Assembly (NCBI GenBank): GCA_963837175.1
Contig: CAWIMJ010000010.1
Span: forward strand, 28,453 to 92,452
Reading direction: 5' to 3'
DNA: 64,000 nt
Source of the DNA: an uncultured Nitrososphaeraceae archaeon
Lineage (GTDB): Archaea > Thermoproteota > Nitrososphaeria > Nitrososphaerales > Nitrososphaeraceae
The notes beneath the pieces were generated by a model. It did not search any database. It was given only the letters and a program-made list of their open reading frames with translations, and was not told where the DNA came from. How positions within the stretch are numbered: the first letter of the stretch is position 1; every line of letters starts with the position of its first letter. Shown one piece after another: positions 1-10,627 of this stretch. A program made the position numbers and the translations under genes.

Positions 1-669
1 TGATTCATTCTAATCTTGCCAGGATTATATCCAGCGGCAAGAATATGAATCCAGATATAGTTTCAGCTCAAAAGCAATTGCAAGCGAGCTTTATTATCCC
101 AGTCTCAACACCATACTCAGAGCAATTTAAAAGACAATCAAATGAAATTACTAATACGCACTAAAAGTAGTTGGTATTAACAATCAATTAACAATCAATG
201 CATTAGACCTTACAAGAGAGAACTTGAATTCTATAGTCGAACAGATGATGCAGTAATAGAATTGCAATAATATATTAGAGGCTGAACAGGCTTTTCTGCT
301 GCAGCTTAACAAGAACAAAGTCCTACAAACAGTTAAAACCATCTTCTTTTTCTTCTTTTCTTTCATTAAAGATATTTTCAGAAATTATTTGCCCATTATA
401 GAAAAACTTGTAGTGAATTCTTCTATTAGGCTGTTCATTTAGTCAGATTCTTAAATTTAAATATAGCTGTAACTAAATTCGTGTTGCACAATGCTGTGGA
501 CATTATTTTATGACTTTCAAGGCATATTCTACATTAATACATTTACCTTTTCCAATTCGTTTAATTAGTGATTTACATTTGTTAAATAATGTCTCTTGAA
601 TAATCTTATATGAGAAATCCAAATGCTAAACTGCTATTTCAACAGTTTTATATTGAATTAGAGGCTATG

Positions 670-1392
670 CTATAATTTATTGTTTTCTAAATACTCGTAT
701 ACACGATATATGCTTCCAGGATTAAAGAGAGAAGGATAATTCCACTTTATTGGATCCAGATTTACCTCTATAAACTTGCTATCATTTAAAAAATCTTTAT
801 GACTTGATGATGATAGAAGAATATTGTAAATAAATTCGCCAACCAACACTTGATTAGGCTTTGCAAGAGACACAATCTTTAAGGCCATACTTATACTGGA
901 ACCAATTATATCTATGTGGGCTTTTTCTAAACTCTTTCCATAAAGCACTACTAAAGCATTGCCATAAGCCAATCCTATTCTTACTTTAATTTCAGGTAAA
1001 TCATTTGTCTTAAACGCAGGATTAATAACTTCTTTTATGATTTCTAATATTGCTCTTGAACATTTTAATGCATTTTTGCAGGCTTTTGCCTTATCATATC
1101 CTGCAGGAAATAATAGAATAACCGCGTCACCTTCATATTTGAAGACATACCCACCATAACCTAATGCGGCAATGCTTATTTCTTGAGCAAAGGTTTGTAT
1201 CATTAACGCAAATTTATTCTCTGGTAATGAGAGACTCATTTCTGTTGAGTTATTAATATCTATAAATACGATCACTAGGTTTGTTTTGCTGTTTACATGT
1301 CTTCTAAGCAATTTTTTGGATTCTTCGGTTGACATGTTTAGTTGGATACCATTGCTCAAGGTTTTATTTACTCTTGCATGAATCTGATCCAT
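670..1392 (-). CDS. Class III adenylate/guanylate cyclase domain protein
   Basis: VFIDINNST and FKYEGDAV metal-binding Asp motifs, VRIGLAYG, DIIGSSISMALKI, QVLVGE. Confidence 0.85.
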   Translation of the reverse strand: MDQIHARVNKTLSNGIQLNMSTEESKKLLRRHVNSKTNLVIVFIDINNSTEMSLSLPENKFALMIQTFAQEISIAALGYGGYVFKYEGDAVILLFPAGYDKAKACKNALKCSRAILEIIKEVINPAFKTNDLPEIKVRIGLAYGNALVVLYGKSLEKAHIDIIGSSISMALKIVSLAKPNQVLVGEFIYNILLSSSSHKDFLNDSKFIEVNLDPIKWNYPSLFNPGSIYRVYEYLENNKL

Positions 1393-1667
1393 TGAGGGCA
1401 GGTTGGTAAAACTCGTAGGTATCTCCTCTCTATATCATTACTTAAGCAACTTTTACTTGCGAAACTAGTAACTTTAACTTGGCATAGGCTTTCAATTTTG
1501 CTGATATCATAAGAAGTATGCCCAACTTTCTAATTAATAGGTGTTACTTTGTGAATTATCTTCCGTATCATCACCAAATAGACAAACATCCTACAATTAA
1601 TATATATGATATGCATCAGAAATCTGTATAGACAGGTTGATATTGTCAATGCATTTCATTAATTAAA

Positions 1668-2228
1668 ATGTTAGCTGGAGAGAAAATTAGGCAAATCCTA
1701 TACTCGGAAATAAAAGACATAGGTAAGGAAAAAATTCAAGCAAAGATCACTTCAAACATTGAATCATCCCAACATTATATTCATAAAATAATGAATGAAT
1801 GTATTACAAAGCTGACTTATGAATCAAGTGATGATGATATAACAATTGCAACTTTATGCGAGATCCTTCTTCATTTTATGCTTACAATTTGTACTTTACC
1901 ATCAGAAAGAAAAATCCGGGTTAAAAACGATCTTACAATTGATGTAATTATACCAAATTTACAAAGTTTAAAGACAAAACCAGATAGATCAATTATTATT
2001 CAGATTATCAAGGATAAGATAGATTTGAATAGAATATTACAATTGGAGTTCTTTCAGCCAAACCATGAAAATATTTGGTTGATATCTGCCAAACCACTTC
2101 TAACAACAAAATACACGACATACAGTGTATTCCCGGATGCCGGATTACATAATTATTCAAATATTATAATAGACATAGAGAACTTTCTAAAAGAAACAGG
2201 GGATAAAAGCTTTAGATTCATTCATTAA
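1668..2228 (+). CDS. Hypothetical protein (possible PD-(D/E)xK-like fold)
   Basis: 186-aa ORF with normal composition; IDVIIP motif; no function recognised. Confidence 0.65.
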   Translation: MLAGEKIRQILYSEIKDIGKEKIQAKITSNIESSQHYIHKIMNECITKLTYESSDDDITIATLCEILLHFMLTICTLPSERKIRVKNDLTIDVIIPNLQSLKTKPDRSIIIQIIKDKIDLNRILQLEFFQPNHENIWLISAKPLLTTKYTTYSVFPDAGLHNYSNIIIDIENFLKETGDKSFRFIH

Positions 2229-2950
2229 CATAACAAGCTGATTAATACAATGCAGAAGTCTTTCATATTCATACCATATTGATTATTATGATTAAATTCA
2301 GTTATCGGCTTAATAGAAGGTATATTCAATATATTTGCTGACCATTACTAGTATAGAAATATGCAGTAAAGATATTGGTCTTGTCATACTGGTAGCCTCT
2401 ATTATATGGAAATCCAGTCAAAATTAACGCTTGTAGAGTTTCATATAGCCGATCTGTAACTTAAATCTTTTAAGCCTTTTCTTAAAAAATAACTAAATCC
2501 TGCAGTAATGGCTATGATTATATAAGTTCTATTTTTCTTTTTCCTGTACGCATAAACGTTCATTAAATAACTTTATTTTATAATGCTTTAGTTGCAATCA
2601 CTCCACTTAAAACATCTTTCGGACTGAGATTTTGTAGCAATAAAATTGAAGTATTTTGCTTACTTATATGAGTTAATATATCTGAAGAAATTGATATCAG
2701 AACTTATTCATAACCATAAATTACATTACATTCTTTATTATTTCGCCTTCTGGTTAGCAATCATCAATATAAACCCATGTGATCTTCTATACTGTCTATT
2801 CATTTGAGATTCTGCAACCTCAGCAATTTGTTACCGATTGTGAACAATGAAGAATAATAATCAACCGAGCAAAGTTGTATTCATCTTAAGTTTTATGGTG
2901 ATAACAGATAACTATATTAAATATATAATCGAATTGGATGCTTATTTCAA

Positions 2951-3773
2951 ATGTCTATTGCAAATGTGAAAGGAGTTAAAATAAAATACGACGAATTTGG
3001 AAAGGAAAGAAATAAGCATATCTTGTTTATACACGGCCTCGGCTCTTCCTCTATTGCTTGGCGGGATATTCCAGAAGCTCTATCAGAACATTTTCATACA
3101 ATAACTGTTGATTTAATAGGCTTTGGTCTAAGTGATAAACCAGAGATAGAGGACTATTATAAAATAAAAGGATTTAGCAAATTTATTATCGATTTCAAAG
3201 AAGCAATTGGGATTGGAAGAAATGAAAAGATAACTATAGTGGGTCACTCATTGGGTGGCTATATAGCTGGCAGAAGTTGCCATAGAAAATAAAGATCTAA
3301 TAGAAAAACTTGTATTGATAGATTCCTCCGGTGTTCTTATGCAACCAACTCCAATGCTATTACTATATCTTGATGCTGCAATGGAAATAGATCCTATACT
3401 AAGATATAAAAAAGTAAAAAGGATATTTGAGGATTTGCTTGCAGAGCGTTCAAGGCTGCTTCCTATAGCAGTTGATCTATTTATTGGAACAATTGGAAAA
3501 CCAGGAGCAAAACAAGCATTCAAAACAGCATTCTATGATAGTACTACAAAACGGATTGAACTAGATAGACTAAATCAAATTAAAGATATTCCTTGTTTAA
3601 TCATTTGGGGAAGACAAGATAAACTGATACCTTTAGAGTATGCTAACGAGTTTAAAGCAGTCTTTAAAAAAAATCTTGATTCGTTTGAGATAATAGAAGA
3701 TGCAGGGCATGGACCATTTGTTGAGAAGACAGCTATAGTATACGATAAATTACGTACATTCTTAACACATTAG
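2951..3773 (+). pseudogene. Alpha/beta hydrolase, split by a single frameshift
   Basis: [22 protein letters not shown] nucleophile elbow, IIWGRQD, AGHGPF; removing one G at 3269-3270 (GCTGGC) fuses the two ORFs. Confidence 0.85.
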
Positions 3774-3878
3774 GATACAAAATACTGATATACGTTGTTT
3801 TTAATATGAGAGCAACAAAAGTATAGTAGAATTTTAAAAATTAAATAGACGTAGTTTAAATATATATTGCTGTAAAGT

Positions 3879-4223
3879 ATGGTGCAATATTATAGTACAT
3901 TTATTCTTGATTTCATGACTATTGATTTTGAGCTTGATTCTAATATTCTCTTAGAAATGTTATCATACTATAAGGAAATATGTGGATTCAATAAAGAAGA
4001 TGACATCTTTGATTTAGCTCAACCTGTATCAAATGCAGGATGGTCATTTTCAAAATTATTTCTTGCTGGAGGATTTGTTGAAAGACTTTACCGGGCCAAT
4101 ACCGATGATATTAATGATTCTAGAGGCAAAAAATTTGAAGAAAAGTTTGTGTCATGGTTAAGTACAAAATTGAATGATAGTAAATGCAAAGCACAAATAA
4201 AGATCTCAATAGAGATGAGATAA
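3879..4223 (+). CDS. Hypothetical protein
   Basis: 114-aa ORF, globular composition; true start may be the internal Met of MTIDFEL. Confidence 0.6.
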   Translation: MVQYYSTFILDFMTIDFELDSNILLEMLSYYKEICGFNKEDDIFDLAQPVSNAGWSFSKLFLAGGFVERLYRANTDDINDSRGKKFEEKFVSWLSTKLNDSKCKAQIKISIEMR

Positions 4224-4968
4224 AAATAAATGGAATTCTTTAGATTAGATCCTAATTTATCTTTTTACTTTGAACATTGTTCTCATTCTGACTAGCGTCT
4301 GTCTTATCTCGATCTGTCAACAGAAAAAATCTCAATTTATACTTACAGCCTTACTCCACGATATCCATATGCACACATGATTTGACGCCACATGGCGCAA
4401 TATTATACCAGCAAGTATTGTGGTTAAATGTGATAATCTTTCCTTCTGTGGAGTCGCTTCATTGGTAGTATCGATGTATGTTAGTAGATAATAATTTTAT
4501 TGTATATTAACTTGAACTTAAGTATTCGTATAAGTTATGTATTAGTTAACGACTTTACCTTTAATCTAGATTCTTTTATCTCCTAATATCAATTATGCGT
4601 TAAAGTGACTTCAACTGTTTTTACTTAATGCTGAGAAGATCTATTGTTTAGAATAAATGCTTACTCGTCACTTACCGACGGTATAAAAGTATCAATGATC
4701 CTAATGCCTTAGTTATTATAATAACTTTAACTGAGTAGCCATCATTATTTTTCCATACTGTGACATCTTTTCTGCTAATTATCATAACTTCACCTTCTTT
4801 GTATGAATTTTTTACATCAATAACAAAGGATAATCTATAGTCACCATCAATATCGGTTTACATCAAAATAGATTATCTCATTACCATCGAGGTCGCCGTA
4901 GGATATGTTAAACTCATTGATATTCTCATAACTTGTGTTAGTTTCATTTTTATTGTGCTGAGTAGTTA

Positions 4969-4996
4969 AAAGATCCAAAGGATTCTTTGGATCTTT
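4969..4996. other. Perfect inverted repeat (12-bp arms, 4-nt loop)
   Basis: AAAGATCCAAAG-GATT-CTTTGGATCTTT. Confidence 0.8.
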
Positions 4997-5177
4997 GTTG
5001 TAGAGCTGAGGCGATTTGACTCAAATTCTTAGCTCGATTTTATGAAGAGAGGTAATTAAAAGATGTGTAAGTGCTATAAACAATTTCCTCGTTGCAAATT
5101 TCAATTAGTATATAGAAGAGAAAATAAGAAAAAGTAAAAATAGTTCATACTGGGTTTACAGACAAGTAAAAGGAGAA

Positions 5178-7616
5178 ATGTCGTTCACTAATATAACTGC
5201 TAGATTTGCATTAAGTTTTCTCTTTTTGATTCTTTCTTCAATACTAGTGTTGTCCACTTTTGTGGTTTTAAATTCATATGAAGAATCTGCTGATAAAAAG
5301 AATGAGAATACATCGTCATTATTATCCTTACCCTCATCGCCCATATCCGATGTAAAAGAAGATAAAAAATCTAAGGCTCTAATCGATTCAAATACATCCT
5401 CATTCTCATCCTCTGCGTTAAAGTTAGATTCCTCAAACAAAACTTCCGATAATAAACCAGTTAATGGAACATTAGCAGTTACGAAAAAAATTATTAACGA
5501 AGGAGGTGGCAATAAGAATCCATCGGACTTTACTATAACAGTTAATGGTAACAACCCATCGCCATCATCATTTAGAGGCAGCTCGTCCGGTACTACTGTT
5601 CAACTGTCTAAAGGTAAGTACGAGGTTACTGAATCCGGGCCTACTACTAATTATAATTCCACGTTATCTAATGAGTGCTCAGGTACTATAAACGATGGCG
5701 AAACTAAAAAATGTACTATTACCAACACTTATTCTGCATTACCTCCTCCTACCACAACTGGCAAGATAATTGTAACTAAGAAAGTTATTAACGAAGGAGG
5801 TGGCAATAAGAATCCATCTGACTTTACTATAACAGTTAATGGTAAGAACCCATCGCCATCATCCTTTGCTGGAAGTGCTTCAGGAACCACCATCACCATA
5901 AATGAAGGTAGCTATAACGTGACAGAAAAAGAAGGCCCAGAGATATCTTATGATTACGTTCCTGGTCTCTATACTCCTAATTACTCAAGTGGTTGTGATG
6001 GTACTATACAAGGAGGCGACACTGTAAGCTGTATAATAACTAATAAGTACAATCCATTTATTCCAGGGATATTATCTAAACTGATAGTTACGAAACAAGT
6101 TATTAACGAAGGAGGTGGCAATAAGAATCCATCTGACTTTACTATAACAGTTAATGGTAACAACCCATCGCCATCATCCTTTGCTGGAAGTTCTTCAGGA
6201 ACAACTATTAATCTGAAAGCTGGCAGCTATTCAGTTATTGAAACAGGTCCACCAGGATATACCGCTGATTATTCTGACGGTTGTATTGGCAGCATGAAAG
6301 CTGGTGCTATGAATAAATGCACTATTACTAATATGTTTCAACCTCCAGATGAATCAGCACAACTGATAGTTATTAAGAATATTATTGATAACAATGATAA
6401 AAGTTACAGACCTGCTGTAAAATCATCTGCATTTACTATCACAGTACATGGCAACAATCCATTACCAAGATCCTTTCCAGGAAAATCAGGAGACGGTGTA
6501 ACTGTTAATTTAGATCCAGGAAGATATCGTATTACTGAAGATGAAGGACCATCTGGATATACAACAGATTATTCAAACAGCTGCCAAGGAACAATAAGTT
6601 CTGGAGAGGCGAAGGCATGTATAATAACAAATGAAGCAATTACACCTCCACAACCGAAACCTCCATTACCTGTTCCTAATCAACCACTGTCAGTTTCAGA
6701 AACAATCAAAGGCTTTTCAGCTCCATATGGAATTGCCTTAAACCCAAATAATGACTTGATATATGTCTCTAACTATGGCCAATTCAATACAACAGGAACA
6801 GTTTCTGTAATAAATGGTACAACTAACACCATAGTAGCAACCATTCCTGTGGGCAAAAATCCTCAGGCTATCGCTTATAATCCTGCTAATGGACTGTTTT
6901 ATGTAGCCAATACGCTGTCAGGTACTTTATCGATAATAAATGGAACAAGCAATTCCTTAATAGGCTCTATAGTTGTAGGAGATTTTCCAGGAAAAAGTCC
7001 TACAGGGATTGCAGTTAATTCAATCAACAACACAATTTACGTGACAAACATGGGTTCGAATACAGTTTCTGTAATAAATGGTACATCTAATGTTGTTGTT
7101 GATAATATAACTTCAGGTGCAGGAGGTAATTTATTTAGCCCAACAGGAATTGCTTATGATTCAGATAATGATAATATTTATGTGCTAAACAGAGGATCAG
7201 ATACAGTCTCTGTAATAAATGGTACAACTAACACATTAATTGACGAGATATCTTTAAATGCGATCGCTCCTTCAGCCATTGTTTACAATACACTAAACAA
7301 TTACATTTACGTGACAAACATGGGTTCGAATACAGTTTCTGTAATAAATGGTACATCTAATGCGTTGGTCGAAACTATTCAAATAGGTTTAGGACCCAAC
7401 GGTATTGCATTTAATCAAAATAATGGAAATGCATATGTCGCAAATTCTATCAATGGAACCATATCAGTTATAAGCGGTTTAACAAATACAATCAGTACCA
7501 CTATCCTAATAGGAATTAATAATACTCCAAGTGGTGTATCATATAATCTTAATGATGATAGCATATACACTACAAACGCTAATTCAAATACTGTTTCTGT
7601 AATCAAGAATCAATAG
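5178..7616 (+). CDS. Membrane-anchored surface protein: four Ig/prealbumin-like repeats plus YVTN/YncE beta-propeller
   Basis: N-terminal TM segment, Ser-rich linker, repeated VTKKVINEGGG..DFTITVNG..C..C.ITN units, Pro linker, repeated YVTN.GSNTVSVING blades. Confidence 0.9.
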   Translation: MSFTNITARFALSFLFLILSSILVLSTFVVLNSYEESADKKNENTSSLLSLPSSPISDVKEDKKSKALIDSNTSSFSSSALKLDSSNKTSDNKPVNGTLAVTKKIINEGGGNKNPSDFTITVNGNNPSPSSFRGSSSGTTVQLSKGKYEVTESGPTTNYNSTLSNECSGTINDGETKKCTITNTYSALPPPTTTGKIIVTKKVINEGGGNKNPSDFTITVNGKNPSPSSFAGSASGTTITINEGSYNVTEKEGPEISYDYVPGLYTPNYSSGCDGTIQGGDTVSCIITNKYNPFIPGILSKLIVTKQVINEGGGNKNPSDFTITVNGNNPSPSSFAGSSSGTTINLKAGSYSVIETGPPGYTADYSDGCIGSMKAGAMNKCTITNMFQPPDESAQLIVIKNIIDNNDKSYRPAVKSSAFTITVHGNNPLPRSFPGKSGDGVTVNLDPGRYRITEDEGPSGYTTDYSNSCQGTISSGEAKACIITNEAITPPQPKPPLPVPNQPLSVSETIKGFSAPYGIALNPNNDLIYVSNYGQFNTTGTVSVINGTTNTIVATIPVGKNPQAIAYNPANGLFYVANTLSGTLSIINGTSNSLIGSIVVGDFPGKSPTGIAVNSINNTIYVTNMGSNTVSVINGTSNVVVDNITSGAGGNLFSPTGIAYDSDNDNIYVLNRGSDTVSVINGTTNTLIDEISLNAIAPSAIVYNTLNNYIYVTNMGSNTVSVINGTSNALVETIQIGLGPNGIAFNQNNGNAYVANSINGTISVISGLTNTISTTILIGINNTPSGVSYNLNDDSIYTTNANSNTVSVIKNQ

Positions 7617-7770
7617 CAACTAAAGTCACTGCCCCTCGTATTGCGTCTAGATGGTGTTATAATGAGCGTAATACAAAAGGAATTTTGTTTTTCATAACTT
7701 AAATATTTAAAAGAAATTGGTTCGTATACACAAGTTGATATTTAAATAAAGTGCTAAACTAACTTTTTAG

Positions 7771-8634
7771 ATGTCAACAATGAAATACATAGTAATTGAA
7801 TTACAGACCAACGATATTGCTATTATAAAAATTAATAGGCCTGATGTATTGAATGCTCTTAACAAAGAGGTTATTGCAGAATTATATAGAGCAATAGATA
7901 TTGTTGCTCTAGATGATTCCATAAAGGTTGTGATTATTACCGGTACAGGTGTAAGGTCCTTTTGTGCAGGTGCAGATATTAGATATGTAGTAAATATTAA
8001 TCCTATTGAAGCAGAAAGATATGCAAATTTAATTCATACTTTACTTAATAAAATAGAGAATTTAGAAAAGCCAATTATTGCTGCAATTAATGGTTACGCT
8101 TTGGGAGGAGGTTGTGAACTTGCATTGGCATGTGATATTAGAATAGCATCAAGTAATGCTAAGATAGGCCAAACAGAAGTTACAATTGGTATTCCTCCAG
8201 GCTGGGGAGGAACTCAGAGATTATTAAGAATCGTTGGTCCAGCTAAAGCGAAGGAATTAATCTTTACAGGCAAGATGATAACAGCAAAGGAAGCAGAAGG
8301 AATTGGGCTTGTTAATAAAGTAGTAAGTCTAGGATCTGAGGATAATTTACCTCCAGAAGTATCGAAAGATGACGCAGTTAAAGAAAAGGAAAGATCTGCA
8401 GAAGTAGCAAAGATTCTCAACAAAAAGTTTATGGAACAATGTCTCTCATTTGCAAAAGAGATTACAAAGAATAGTGTTAGTGCCATCAAAACCAGCAAAA
8501 TGTTAATCAATAAAGGAATGGATATAGATATTGATACAGGCTTACGTTTGGAAATATATGGGTGGGCATTATGCTTCTCACATGAAGATAGAAAGAAAAT
8601 GATGTCTGCATTTTTGAATAAGAAAAAGAAATAG
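7771..8634 (+). CDS. Enoyl-CoA hydratase, probably the 3-hydroxypropionyl-CoA dehydratase/crotonyl-CoA hydratase of the 3HP/4HB cycle
   Basis: NRPDVLNAL, FCAGADI, GYALGGGCELALACDIR, EVTIGIPPGWGGTQRL; pathway role is inferred from lineage. Confidence 0.9.
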   Translation: MSTMKYIVIELQTNDIAIIKINRPDVLNALNKEVIAELYRAIDIVALDDSIKVVIITGTGVRSFCAGADIRYVVNINPIEAERYANLIHTLLNKIENLEKPIIAAINGYALGGGCELALACDIRIASSNAKIGQTEVTIGIPPGWGGTQRLLRIVGPAKAKELIFTGKMITAKEAEGIGLVNKVVSLGSEDNLPPEVSKDDAVKEKERSAEVAKILNKKFMEQCLSFAKEITKNSVSAIKTSKMLINKGMDIDIDTGLRLEIYGWALCFSHEDRKKMMSAFLNKKKK

Positions 8635-8774
8635 AAAAAGAAAATGTGATTAATTTCTATCAGCAAAAATTATAATTTACCCTTTTTTAATTATCAGAAT
8701 CAGTTTTATTATAGTTAACTTCTTAGACTCCTTTCTCCTCTAATGATGCTATTATCACAAATGTTCCTTGTCAT

Positions 8775-9176
8775 ATGACGTTTTCCAGCTGTGTAAGCTC
8801 TTGCAATCAAAGATGGCAAGACCTCTTTAAACCGTATGGAGTAGACCTTGTATTGCAAGGACATAATCACAGCTATCAGAGGACATATCCTATCAAATTC
8901 AATAGCACTAGTCCATCAAATCCAATAGAAACCAGTACAAATACAACCAGCCATACAGATCCTGATTGGCAGATATTTGTTATAGTAGGAACTGGAGCTA
9001 AGAATCTTGTTCCTTTTATAGGTAAAGAAGATTATTTTATTAAGCAGTATCTAAGATTTGGTATAGTTAATGTGGACGTATCACATAATGGAAGAACACT
9101 AACAGGCAAGTTTTATGCTAATAATAATCGGACGACAATAAATGAATTTACCATAATGCCATCTCGTACTGCTTAA
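8775..9176 (+). pseudogene. C-terminal fragment of a purple-acid-phosphatase-like metallophosphoesterase
   Basis: YGVDLVLQGHNHSYQRT, IVGTGA; N-terminal motifs absent. Confidence 0.75.
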
Positions 9177-9669
9177 TATTACTCTTAATATTACTAATGC
9201 GTTAATAATAATTATATTAATTCATACACTCATAATCAATCATATTTTGACAATGTTTAAGAGAATAAGTTAACTATACTGTTTTCCTTTTCTTAACTAT
9301 TATTTTTATTATTATACGTTGTTTGATGAAGGCATGCACATTTATCTAGATCCACTATAGGAAATCACCGATCAATCAATTCGTTGTCTAAGTAATGTGC
9401 ATCAATTGCTGCACTTCTTTTTCTTAATTAAATCATGAATATTCTCTACAAACAGGAACATTGGTTGTTTACTGCAAAAGGATTGATAGAGTCTTCGCCA
9501 GTTTATGTGCATAGCTTGTTTCTTCTTTGCTATTGTTGGTGACTTCGGTTGTTGCTGTGTATATTTTTAATATAGTTGCTACGAGGAACAGGAATTTTTT
9601 GCATTGGCATTCTATTCTCTGTATTTCATAAAATAAAGACAAAAGAAATTATATCTTGCTATGATATGA

Positions 9670-9984
9670 TTATCCTGGTTTTATTGGATTTGCATTCTCT
9701 GATACTGAAGTGTCATTTGCAGCTTGTATAGACGTTCCCTGTGGTTTTATTGGAGTTGTTATATTACCAGCAGTTGAAGGAGTTGCATTCTCTGATACTG
9801 AAGTGTCATTTGCAGCTTGTATAGACGTTCCCTGTGGTTTTATTGGAGTTGTTATATTACTAGCAGTTGATCCAGGTCTATTTTCTTGGGGATCACTCCT
9901 TTGATTAGTTTGTGCAAATACAGGCATAGTTATTGCTATTGAAACAATAACAACAATTGTTAAAGCCACTGTTGTTTCTTTCAT
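9670..9984 (-). CDS. Small secreted protein with a 26-aa tandem duplication
   Basis: Signal peptide ending VFA-Q; NITTPIKPQGTSIQAANDTSVSENA twice (78-bp DNA period). Confidence 0.75.
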   Translation of the reverse strand: MKETTVALTIVVIVSIAITMPVFAQTNQRSDPQENRPGSTASNITTPIKPQGTSIQAANDTSVSENATPSTAGNITTPIKPQGTSIQAANDTSVSENANPIKPG

Positions 9985-10264
9985 ATACTACTAAATATAA
10001 ATAATACATATAATATATTAATAGCGACTGAAAGAGGCAATAGAATTAAATAAAAGCTCTGCATCGACGTTGATGCTATGGTCTAAAGTTATAAAGAAGC
10101 GTGTCCCCAATACTATAATAATTGTGGCGTTTTAAGAAATAATAATATTCAACATTTTCCAAGGCCCTTTACAATATTTTATCTTTTATTCAATTCTGAT
10201 AGATATTTAGAACTTTAAGTTAAAGCAGTCAAGATATATATATTCATATAATCCTCATTCGCCC

Positions 10265-10436
10265 ATATCATGTTTTAAATCTCATCATATTTCCTTTATT
10301 GAATTGTGGCCATAATCCAGAACACGAAAAATTGTCGTACATTTACTACAATGGTAATACAACTTTGTAATTGAAGAGATATAAAAACATCCCATGAACA
10401 ATTTGAATGTCCAATATTAAATGCACGACTATCCAT
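10265..10436 (-). pseudogene. DUF488-family remnant
   Basis: Manual translation MDSRAFNIGHSNCSWDVFISL..VVNVR, then LWPQFNKGNM in a shifted frame. Confidence 0.55.
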
Positions 10437-10627
10437 AGTATTAAGATATCATATAAAGTTAAAATCAAGGTCATTGGTTTTGATATATCATTTTATTACT
10501 AACTAACAAAGAGGAAATTAAATCAGTATAGTTAGTGAGGTCAGTAGGATTAGATTCGTTCTTGCAAAAGGTTCTATTGAACCCATATTCAGATTTTTAA
10601 GATTCTTCAGAATTTAGTGCAAAAATT

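Noticed and set aside
3-164. Possible 3' end of a gene entering the window
   Set aside because: Open frame of about 53 codons without identifiable features.
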